64,000 nt of DNA from Adineta vaga (Eukaryota > Animalia > Rotifera), in NCBI GenBank assembly GCA_021613535.1, contig CP075494.1, positions 14,322,001 to 14,386,000 of the forward strand, in the 5' to 3' direction. Below the pieces are notes generated by a model. It was not told the origin of the DNA, searched no databases, and saw only the letters and a program-made list of their open reading frames with translations. Numbering within the stretch: position 1 is the stretch's first letter; each line of letters opens with the position of its first letter. A program made the position numbers and the translations under genes. This document shows, in pieces, positions 53,400-64,000 of the stretch.

Positions 53400-54700
53400 A
53401 TGGGAAGACCGTTTCTTCTTTGTTGGGCGGGTATTCTCGCTCTTGCAGTGCTTGCATCAGAATCTGCACCAAGTTCCGGTTGCGGAAAAGTTCGTCCATA
53501 CGGCTTTCTTCCAGGTCGAACAACATTGATAAAGATTCCTGCAACAAATGGTCAACCAACTCGTCATTACAAGGTACACCTTCCAGCTAATTTTCGGAAC
53601 AATCGACAACATGCACTTGTTTTCTCCTTTCATGGTCATAATGGAGATATGAGCAAACAAGAAGATTTATCACAACTATCTGCAAAAGGATTACGTATCA
53701 AGAGTGTTGAAATTATTGCTGTCTATCCGAGAGGGATATTAGGAACAGATGGAGAAACTGCCTGGCAAGGCGCACCTTATTCTGCACCTGGTGTCGATGA
53801 TGTAAGTCTATCGGTTAATAATCTATCTCAAAAATGAATTAATAATATAGATTTTATTTGTGGACTCAATGATTTCAAAATTAAAAAAGTTATTCTGTGT
53901 TGATTCGAAACGAATCTATGCAACAGGCAAAAGCAATGGTATGTGATCGTCTTCATTTGTATTCTGGAGATCAAATAGTTTGAATCATGTTTATTTCTAT
54001 AGTTCGTATTTTTTCAGTTACCTAATGAAATTTTTGTTCAGATCGAATTAGGAGACTGAGAGCTTTAGATATATGTGCAGCTTCGGGAAAAAATGAAACA
54101 CTTTAGAGCTGATACTTGATAGTATCATCCGATTCGAAAGAGCATTATCTTCAACATAAAAACTATATAATCCGTTTTTTTAATTATGTAGGTGCAGGAT
54201 TTGTCAATCTCTTAGCCTGTACACCATCGATAGCTGGGAAGATAGCTGCTTTTGCAACTGTTTCAGCAGCTTTCTATACGACTACATTCAACGGAAATTG
54301 TCCTACAACACGTGCTATTCCTATTCTTGATTTCCATGGCACTGCAGATAGTGTCGCAAACTACAGTGGTGGACAAGCACATGGTGCTCCTCAAGTCAGT
54401 GTTGACACTTTCCGACAAGGATGGGCATCACGAAATGGTTGTCAAGGTAAACCAACAATTTCTTATCTATCAAGCGCAATTGATCCTCAACAAACAGTTG
54501 AAATTCAAACATGGAACACGAATTGTAAAACAGGTAGCATTGTCATAGGATACAAAATCATTGATGGACAACATGCATGGCCTCGTACAACTTTACCTGC
54601 AAAATGCCATGGAAACGTGGGAATAAGTGATTGTTCTTTGACAGTATTTAATGCAACAGTGAATGTTATCATTCCTTTCTTCAATAAATATGCATTGTAA
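53400..54700 (+). CDS. Secreted CE1/LpqC-type esterase, copy 2; exons 53400-53801, 53851-53938, 54192-54700
   Basis: Same motifs and intron positions as 15169-16350 (GKSNG|AGF, FHGTAD, GQHAWP). Confidence 0.85.
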
Positions 54701-55352
54701 TTAAAGATAGAAATACCTAATAGTTACCTGGAAAATGATGAATTCAGTTTCGATCATATTCAATCATGAAATACTATGACAACAATGTCAATTGCATGGA
54801 TATTTTCACGGTAAATAGAGAACAAGCTCTCAGTATAGTTGATAGATTGGAAGAAAACGAACAGAAGTTTTAATAAGAAAAATATGATTGATAGAAAATT
54901 ATCGTGGACTATAGAGTGGATTGTGCATCAATTCATTCACATCAATGCTCCTCAAATAGTCTCTAAATATATTTCAAAGTTTTTTTAAAAGTATTGGTAC
55001 AAGTTTTATGACAGAAAGAACAAAAACAAGCGAAAAAACAGTCAAAACATATGTTATTGTTTTCAAAATCTTCGTCTATATCGGATCATTGAATGAAGCG
55101 TCCGACAAAAACCACTTGAACACATTTTCATAAATGTTACACCATAATAAGAAAATCATGGATCTGACTCAGAAAATAATCATTCCTAAAACAAAAGATT
55201 AACAATAGAGAGAATGAAATTCTTCAAAAATAGATTCATTATTCAAAAATTACACTAACAAAGAATTTACAACAAATGACAGCCGTCAAGTACTAATAAT
55301 TTCAAGTATTATTCTCTGAGTCTAAGAATCAACGTTATCTCGACCGAACACC

Positions 55353-55576
55353 GAAGAATTAATTTCGTTCAAAATATAGCTCGTTAACCAATGGTCAAGA
55401 TCAATCATTCGTTATACAGGTGGCGCATGAAGTCGAAATGATTTACGATGTATATAAAGAAGCACTTCTAGAACTAATCGACAACATCATTTTTATTTTT
55501 CTAAAAGCATGTTTACAAAGACGACAACAATATCAATTTAGAAATGATAATAAATTTTAAAAGATAAAATGAACGG
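55353..55576 (+). repeat. Direct repeat B, copy 2
   Basis: Matches 51455-51678. Confidence 0.95.
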
Positions 55577-55632
55577 AATGTATAAATTACAGATAAGTCT
55601 ATGTGAACTAGTTCATTACGATAGAGATGTAG

Positions 55633-57111
55633 TTAAACACCTGAAGATTCATTTGGTGTTGTAATTAATTGTTTTCCACCTTTTAAACATGTTTTAAATT
55701 GTTCCGGAATAGGATATTCTTTGTATTCACTATCACCATGTGGAACATTGATCGTCATTTCTGATGATTTTGATGTTATAAATTCCGTATTCAATGAACT
55801 TTTTGATAAATAAACATGACAACCATCGGTTTTTTCAATTTGAACAGTTGGAACATTTTCTAAGACTTGAGCTTTTACTCCACGACAATTAACAAATTCA
55901 ATTAATGAAACAACAGATGTAAATTGTATTCCAACTTTAGTACATTGATCAAGAACAATTGAATTGACTTTACCTTGAATCGTAATTGTAGAATTCGAAC
56001 ATTTGTAAATGTAAACTGTTTGCTTCATATTGACTTCTGTTAGTTTTACATCTGTTCGACCAGATTGATATTCAATAAGCCATTTATTACCTTCGAGAAC
56101 TAGTTTAGGTGGACCTGAAGTTGATTGAGATGACGCATTTGATGTAAAAATCTTGAAGAAATGAGAAATCATGTATTTATAAAAGTTCTAGTGGGAAAAA
56201 AGATTTACTTGAGTTTTATTTGTTCGTTCAATTGGTTGTTCTTTTAATTGAGGATTTTTATGAGTTTTTAGTTCATCAGGTACTTTCTTCAAATGAGATG
56301 TAGCACTTGTACCTAATGAATTAATTGAAGTCATAACTCCATTCTTTGATAGACCATCATCAATTTGCATTTTCGACAATGAATTTCGAGTAGAACCATT
56401 ACCTACATCACGTTGACTGTGTATACCCCATGTTAAACCTGTTGTATGATATTGTTTGACATATGCATGTAATTCTGTTAAGATTTTTATCCATTGTTTA
56501 ACCCATTCGGTGTGAAAAGAATCTTTATCTTTGAAATCTTTTAAAACTCGATTAGAATAAAATTGTGCTGCATCAGACATTTCTTTGATATGAGGAGCAG
56601 GTGTTGGTGAAATGAGAATCCAACCAAATGCAGGAATACCTTCGGATATGGCTGAAAGATGATTAAATAATGTGGACTTACGATTTTGATTTGTAAAACC
56701 TATCAATAAAAACAGCAATTCTTATAAAAAAATACTTTTCAAAAAAACAAAGGTTGTTTATTTACCAACAATAGCTTCAATTTCCATCGATTGAGGTTTG
56801 ATTAAATCGATAATTTGTTGTTCATTTGTTGGTTTTTTCGTTTGAATTGCAAGACGAAGAAATGCTCGTTGAGCATCAAATAAACGTACGAGATGGTCTA
56901 TCATAGTTGATAATTCTCCTCCAATCTTACGTGAAGTTGTTACAAAAGTTGCCAAACTTTCATTGACAATCGTATTGTAATCACGTAAAACAGGTAAATA
57001 ATCTATTTGATCATTGGTACTCTTTGATTTTCCCACCGATGCTTGCAAATCATTTGCAACAGAATCGAGACGATTATTTAAATGATCAAAACGTTTAACA
57101 TGAGAATCCAT
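55633..57111 (-). CDS. CAP1: Adenylyl cyclase-associated protein (CAP/Srv2)
   Basis: FNHLSAISEGIPAFGW, AQFYSNRVLK, HTTGLTW, LKKV...KTHKNP, KWLIEYQ, GKVNSI, SKSSEM, PIPEQF. Confidence 0.9.
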
Positions 57112-58125
57112 AACTAAATAGTTGAAATCTATATACTAAGATTAATGTTCATGAAAGACGAAATCTTTTCAATTACATCATTCCAGAATTATAGACTTCA
57201 GTCAATAACTAATAAAACAGTTCATAAACTTACTTAGTTAATCAAATATGATGTACTTGAAAAGAAAAGATTGTTTTTCTTCTTACAGATCTGAAAACAA
57301 AAGGTGCGTATTTATAAGAGCAAGAGTTAGAATTAGAAATCATGATCTTTCTTTTAAAAAAACAAAAATACATGTCAACTGCTCTTTTTTTTGACGTATG
57401 CAAAGCTTGAATCAACACTACTGTAGATATAAATGAACAGAACGTGATCGATGTCACAGATGTTTCTTTTCACTGGTCGGTTCTATTGACCGAATTTCTT
57501 TTTTTACTCTCTATTTGATAGAAGCAGGAGAGAAAAGACTACAGAAGCAGAAGGAATGAATGAATGAATCACTGAACGAACGGAACAATCATTCATTCGT
57601 TCTTTAACCGACTACTCACATCTCGACGTTACGTCTTAGTTAAATAATTGTTCTTCTGCTTACAAGCCACACACACAAATAGATCGAAAAGAAAAACGAA
57701 CAAGGAATGGTTCAAATTTCACTTCGTAATCATCAATATAAATTTGTGCCTCAGGCAACTAACTATCAAGGCCTACTTTATTCCTTCGATTATTTTAGAT
57801 TACACTAATTGAATAGATTATTCGATGATACTTGAAAGGTAAATATATGAATAAAGATTTGAATGATTTTATTATTCCTATTTTTGATGTTGAAGCCAAT
57901 AAAATTCATCAATCAGTGAGTGTATTCGAAAAAAACGTTTTGAATGTCCAGAACTAATTGTGTTTTGCTGCTAATTAGATTCAATTAGTATTTTTCTCCA
58001 TTATTTCATTGATTATTATTTTTTTGTTGGACAACAAAATTGAATTCTATTTGCTAATTTTAGTGTGTCAGAACTATTCAATTCTTCGATCGATATGTAA
58101 TGTCAACCGAAGAATAACTTCAACA

Positions 58126-60032
58126 ATGCAATTACGACGAGATGGATCAACATTTTTTCTTCTAATTATTCTATTTTTTCTAATTATACTCTTCTATCAA
58201 CATCATTATACAAATAGTCAGTATTTCGAACAATCACAAATCAAACCAATCATTTCAACCAAGGAGAAATTTCGAAGTTTTATCGATAAACATTCATCAG
58301 TAATGATCTTCGAATGAAAAGTTTGTTTATTTGAAAAATGATTCAATTATTTAGATATGGTATCGACAAAAGTGTTTTCGAAACAAAGATTCCAATAGAT
58401 TAGCAATAGAAAATCTTCCAAAATATTTAAATAATGCTCGATCATCAACCAATGAATTATGCCAGTTAGTCTTTCATAAATAAACTCGATTTTGATGATG
58501 AATTTCTGATTTTTATCTAGAGAATTTGTTAAGAAATTTGATGCTTTATTTCGTTTGGAAGAAATTCATGGTTCATTACAAATTTCACCAATTTATCTAA
58601 AAAAAATCAATAAATGGTTACATAATGACGAACAACTTCTTGAACAAATAAAAAAACAAGTAAATACGATTTAAAAAAAAGAAAAATACACTTCTTATCA
58701 TTCATTATTTCTTTGTAGCGTATTATTAAAATCTACAATCAATATACACACGAAGAGATGTTGTATAATTACATGCGAAGTAAACGACCTCAATCAAAAA
58801 GTGAACAATCTGCTCAAAACTAGTAAGTTCAATTAAATTTGTATTATGAATTCAATTTCAAAATAAATATTCATCTTTCTATTCAGTTCAATATCGTTTT
58901 AAAGTAGATTCGATATACATGCTTTCTATTGACATTCCTTATGTTTGATCTTTTAAACTATTCATGTTTCGTTTTTTTTCCATAGTACATTAACATTAAT
59001 GGAAGAAAGTAAAAAGAATTGTGATTTTTGTGGAAAAAATTATCTTAGTTCAACAGCAGAAGATTCATTTGGTCGTCTTGAACATAAACTTTCTTATACA
59101 GCTGCAAATACATTTAAATATGATCGTTGGCATACATTAATTGTTTCACGTAATCATGATACATTACATTTAACTGAAGATGAAATTGCTGATATGTTTG
59201 AATTAGCAAAAGAATGGTTTGAAAAAGTCTATTCAATCGAATCAAAATATACATGTCCAGAAATGATTTGGGATGCTATGCCGAAAAGTGGAGCATCACA
59301 AATGCATACACATCTTCAAGTTAGTTTAGGTTTTGATATTTATTATGGAAATATTGAACGGACAAGACAAGGTGCTCGATTCTATGCACAGATAAATAAT
59401 GGAAGAAATTATTTTAATGATTATCTTCATGTTCATCAAGCATTAGAATTAACAATACCAGTAGGAAATGCTCATATTCTTGTTCATTTGGTTTGTAGAA
59501 ATGTGTTTAGTTTTGTAGGGATATGATTGTTTTTTTGGTTTGTTTTTAGACACCAATTAAAGATTTGGAAATAATGATTTTCGGTGAAAAACTGGGAAAA
59601 GATTATTATAAAGCATTACATCTTATTTTTCGAAGTAAATGTTAAGAAAATCGTTTTTTATCTATAAAAATTCACGATGGTTTTCTAGCTTTTGTCGATG
59701 ATCTTCAGGAATATAGTTTCAGTTTTGGAATGTATTTACCACCATTAGTAAGTTTTTATTTCTGTTCTTGCAATTTTATGTGTTATATTTAGAATGAAAC
59801 ATCGTTGAATGGTCACAATACACCTGTTGTTTGTCGTCTTGTTTTTCGAAATCCAGTTACGAATTTACGAGCAGATATGAATGGACTTGATTTATATACG
59901 GTAAATTCAATGAAATATATTCTTTTCTTCTTATAACTATTTCGTTTTTTTTTAAAGAGTTCTGTTATTGGTAAAGATCGTTATGTACTCTATAGACAAT
60001 TGAAAGAAGGTATATTAAAACGTCTCAAATAA
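58126..60032 (+). CDS. Type II membrane protein with HIT/GalT-type nucleotidyltransferase domain
   Basis: N-terminal signal-anchor FFLLIILFFLIILFY; CDFC, NTFKYD..H, WDAMPKSGASQMHTHLQ (HxHxQ motif); multi-exon. Confidence 0.65.
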
Positions 60033-60370
60033 GAACAAGATGAAAATGTCTCGGTGTATGATAACTGAATAAATTATATTATAACCGTCCATATTTCATT
60101 AATCTCATGTAATAAACAAATCAAAATCGCATCATTTTATCATTTTATATTTTATTATGTGATTACTTTTTTTTTCTTTGTTTTCTTAACTTAACTGTGT
60201 CAGTGATGAGAGTATTTGTTTTTGATTGTTTTTCTTTTTGACTATTTCATAGTTAACATATCGACAACGAAAAGCAAAATAAAAGTTAAAAAATAGAATA
60301 TTTATTTATTTATCAATGTTCTTGTTCATTTTAAATTTATTTTATTTATTGTCATACACAACACTCAGGT

Positions 60371-61166
60371 TTATCTCCATCCTCTCGGACCTTTTACTAA
60401 CATTCTGTCGTCCGGTGCATGTTTAAGTGCTACAGCCAAAGCAATAGCACCAATTAAACCGAGAAGTTCAAGTAATAGGACACCTCCTAATGAACCACCA
60501 ATGATTGGTAAATTCTTATTAAGAAAATTGATGATTGCATCTGAACAACCTATTGATGATGGATTCTCCAGGCATTGATTAGAAAGTGGAAATTTTGGTG
60601 GATAACCATAATCGGATCTATTATGAACACCACAACATTTCATATTCTTTTCCAATTCTTGAAAGGCATGTAATACATCTGTTTGGTTGCTTTGCAAAGC
60701 GGTATCGAATACTTTGGATAGAGCAGTTTTGTAAACATCTGTAACTTTACCTTTGTAAACAAAAGCCATGATAAATGCAACTAATTCTAAGATCATTAAT
60801 AGACCAAGAATGAAAGCATAGAGGTATAAGAAACATCGATTATTCCAAAGTGCACCTATTCAAATTGATAGTAAAAATAATGAAATTCAAGTTTTTTTAA
60901 TATAATCACTTACCCATACAACCAAAAAGTGCGATTAAAAGAGTGAATACACCCCCACCAATCATGACAAAGGCCAGAAAACCAAGAGCTTGTCCACTAA
61001 AATCGCTCAAATCAGCAATTTTATTCAAAACTGATGCAAAGTTATCGTCAACTTTGATGTAAATTCCGAGACCGATCAGTGCAATACCAACAATAACGAA
61101 TAGGACATTAAAAAAGAGTAAAATACCTCTCATAAGTTCCACGCCACACGAAAGTTCTTTAGCCAT
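60371..61166 (-). CDS. Tetraspanin
   Basis: Four TM helices, FGCMG|AL, CCG motif in the large loop, GC before TM4. Confidence 0.92.
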
Positions 61167-62053
61167 CTCGAAGATGTTAACAATATTAAAACGAATATGT
61201 AAGCAAAGCAAAATGTAGTCGTGTGCCTTTCTTATATATATACTAAACGATGAAACACCGTTATGATATGATAAGAATCAGCGAAAAAAAAAGTTATTTG
61301 TTGACTTAGCGTCACCCCTATTCTATGCAAGCTACTCAACTTTAATTTTTAAATAGACGACGAATATAGATAAAACTGATTCATTCATTTTGGTATCAAA
61401 GGACACGAAAAACAATGACGCCATTTATTTCGTTGCTATAATATTCTGTAATCTTTCGAATAGACTCGAACAACAATCTTCTCTTCCCACGATTTCCCAT
61501 ATTTCCATCACTTCCCATTTTGTTTACAATTCAACAAGAATATCATTGATAATCGTTACATCATTAAAATCAACTATTAGATTGTGTCACTTTTTTCGAC
61601 ATGTAAAAGATATTCTGACATAAATTCGATTTTATTTATTAGTTTATAGTAAGAATTTTGAGATCAAAATTCTAAAATAACCAAATAGATTAAGTATTTC
61701 ATTGTAGACTAAAGATTAACTTTTCTTTATATATTATTGAATAGGTTGATTCTTTCGAACTGAAAAACAAATGATGACTTTAAAAAAGTTAACACTTCGA
61801 TTGTTGGCGGCATCTTCTAACGCGATCATATACTATTAGTCATGTAAACACAATTGATATATTTATCTACATCAATTTATTAAATTGAAAGATGATGAAT
61901 CAACAGCAGCAGATTCAAGAATCATAACTTCGCGTGCATTTTATTGAAGAAATTAAAAGGCAAACATTTTCATATCTTATCTCTATTATCATTCTATTTC
62001 GTATAAGATCATTCGTTGTATACAATACAAGTTCATATCATAAAATTTCACGT

Positions 62054-62590
62054 ATGACATTACGAAAATTAAAAATCGAACCATTGACAAAAGAAGCTTT
62101 TGCTTCATTTGGTGATGTTATTGAAACTGATCAACGGCCTTTTCGAATGATTAATAATGGTTCAACTCGTCGTTATCATTCTCTAGCTCAAGTAGAAACA
62201 GCATATCCTGCTGATGGTGATCGGGCTATAATCAGTATTTTTCGTGCTCAAACAACAAAAATGCCATGTGTGATTCGAATGCTTGAACGACATCCATTGG
62301 GTAGTCAAGCTTTTATACCATTACTTGGTCGACCATCTCTTATTGTTGTTGCTCCACCAACGAATCCTTCTATCAATGATGACAAACCACAACTTGATCT
62401 TATACGTGCATTTATTACAAATGGTAAACAAGGAATCAATTATAGTCGAGGAACATGGCATCATCCCGTATTAGCGATTGGAAATGAAGAAGATGATTTA
62501 CTTGTTGTTGATCGTGAAGGTACAGGTAATAATTGTGATGAACATTTCTTTGAAGAACATGAACACATGATTCTCGATTATCAATCTTGA
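62054..62590 (+). CDS. allA: Ureidoglycolate lyase (AllA/DAL3 family), bacterial-type, intronless
   Basis: EPLTKEAFASFGDVIE, INNGSTRRYH, LERHPLGSQAFIP, QGINYSRGTWHHP, VVDR.G.GNNCDE. Confidence 0.93.
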   Translation: MTLRKLKIEPLTKEAFASFGDVIETDQRPFRMINNGSTRRYHSLAQVETAYPADGDRAIISIFRAQTTKMPCVIRMLERHPLGSQAFIPLLGRPSLIVVAPPTNPSINDDKPQLDLIRAFITNGKQGINYSRGTWHHPVLAIGNEEDDLLVVDREGTGNNCDEHFFEEHEHMILDYQS

Positions 62591-62698
62591 ATCTAACATT
62601 GAAAATTTTTCAAGAAACTAAAACTTTGATTTTTATCCGAAAGAAAATAAAGAATAAAACCAATCTAAACTAGCAAAGTTCAAAGATTTATATGGAAA

Positions 62699-64000
62699 TT
62701 ATTGTTGAGCTTTTAATTGTCGACGTCGACGATGTAGAATAAGTTCAGTATATCCATTTGGTTGTTTATCACCCTCAAGTATTAATTCCAATGCAGCTTG
62801 AAAAGCGATATTTTTATCGAAATCATTTGCCATTGATTCATATTCAGAACTATCAGCATTTTGTCGATCGACAATTTCAGCCATTCGTTTCATTGTTTCT
62901 TCTACTTGTTGTTTTGTAATTAATCCATGTCGTAACCAATTAGCCATTAATTGACTGGAAATTCTTAATGTTGCTCGATCTTCCATCATTCCAATATCAT
63001 CAATATCGGGTACTTTCGAACAACCTATACCTTGATCAATCCAACGGACAACATAACCAAGTATACTTTGAGCATTATTATCTAATTCATGTTGGATTTC
63101 TTCATCTGTAAGATTTGTTGTTAATACTGGAATTGTTAATAAATCATCAAGATAATCTTTGGATAATTCAGTTGATGATAATAATTCTGTTTGACGAGCA
63201 AATACATCTATTTGATGATAATGTAAAGCATGAAGTGTAGCAGCAGTTGGTGATGGCACCCATGCACATGTTGCTCCTGTTTGAAGATGATTTATTTTTT
63301 GTTGGATCATCAATGCCATCTTATCTGGTATTGCCCACATTCCTTTTCCAATTTGTGCTCGTTTTGAAAGACCACATTTTAATCCAATCGTCACATTATT
63401 CTTTTCGTAAGCATTTAACCATTTCGTTTCTTTCATTTGTACTTTACGTACGAGAGGACCTGCTTCCATTGATGTGTGAATTTCATCACCAGTCCGATCA
63501 AGAAATCCAGTATTGATAAATACTAAACGATCTTTTACTTCTCGAATACATGCATGAAGATTGACGGTTGTACGACGTTCTTCATCCATAACACCGATTT
63601 TAAGTGTAGAACGAGGTAATTTTAATAGATCTTCAACACGATTAAATAAACATGCAGTAAAGGCAACTTCTTCAGGACCATGTTGTTTTGGTTTAACAAT
63701 ATAAATTGAACGTTTACGAGTATTTCTTATTGCTTCTATTGATTTTTCATTAAGATCATGTAAGGCAATTAAAGTTGTAATAAGAGCATCAAGTATACCT
63801 TCAGGTATTTCTTCGTTATCTTGATTTAAAATAGTATCCGTATACAATAAATGACCAACATGACGAATAAATAGAAGCGATCGACCAGGTAAACGTAATT
63901 CCGTACCAGCTTTTGAGATATAAACTCGATCTGAATTTAATTTTCGACGAATTTTTTCTTTTCCTTTAAGAAATTCTGCTTCTAAATTTCCTTTCATTAA
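62699..64000 (-). CDS. glcB: Malate synthase G, bacterial-type; 5' part lies beyond the window
   Basis: [90 protein letters not shown]. Confidence 0.96.
   Translation of the reverse strand, partial: LMKGNLEAEFLKGKEKIRRKLNSDRVYISKAGTELRLPGRSLLFIRHVGHLLYTDTILNQDNEEIPEGILDALITTLIALHDLNEKSIEAIRNTRKRSIYIVKPKQHGPEEVAFTACLFNRVEDLLKLPRSTLKIGVMDEERRTTVNLHACIREVKDRLVFINTGFLDRTGDEIHTSMEAGPLVRKVQMKETKWLNAYEKNNVTIGLKCGLSKRAQIGKGMWAIPDKMALMIQQKINHLQTGATCAWVPSPTAATLHALHYHQIDVFARQTELLSSTELSKDYLDDLLTIPVLTTNLTDEEIQHELDNNAQSILGYVVRWIDQGIGCSKVPDIDDIGMMEDRATLRISSQLMANWLRHGLITKQQVEETMKRMAEIVDRQNADSSEYESMANDFDKNIAFQAALELILEGDKQPNGYTELILHRRRRQLKAQQ

Noticed and set aside
57553-57602. (GAAT)n ... (ATTC)n inverted repeat, plus (TA)n tracts near 16934, 28975 and 42923
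   Set aside because: Simple-sequence repeats with no evidence of function

Overview
AT-rich, gene-dense eukaryotic DNA with mostly ~50-65 nt GT-AG introns. It mixes clearly metazoan genes (innexin, tetraspanin, CCDC39, CECR2-like, SNX5/6, SEC22, RPS10, RPL32) with intron-poor genes of bacterial or fungal type, a pattern that best fits a bdelloid rotifer (inference). About 35 protein-coding genes were read by eye. Highlights: (1) a convergent pair of foreign-type genes, ureidoglycolate lyase (allA) and malate synthase G (glcB), which make and consume glyoxylate, echoing the yeast DAL3-DAL7 pair; (2) an intact 10-exon M1AP-like meiosis gene that hosts an innexin (same strand) and a secreted peptide precursor (opposite strand) in its introns; (3) a fungal-type CE1 esterase present as two full copies plus a deleted remnant, with two of the three lying in blocks flanked by ~215-bp direct duplications of host DNA; (4) a tightly spaced minus-strand run M1AP-RAD6-RPS10-RPL32-MRPL35-SNX6 with unpaired splice acceptors, suggesting trans-spliced operons; (5) an inositol 5-phosphatase with a signal peptide and transmembrane anchor, and a MAPK with a TSY activation loop. 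All family calls come from motif recognition, not database searches, and exon boundaries were read manually.
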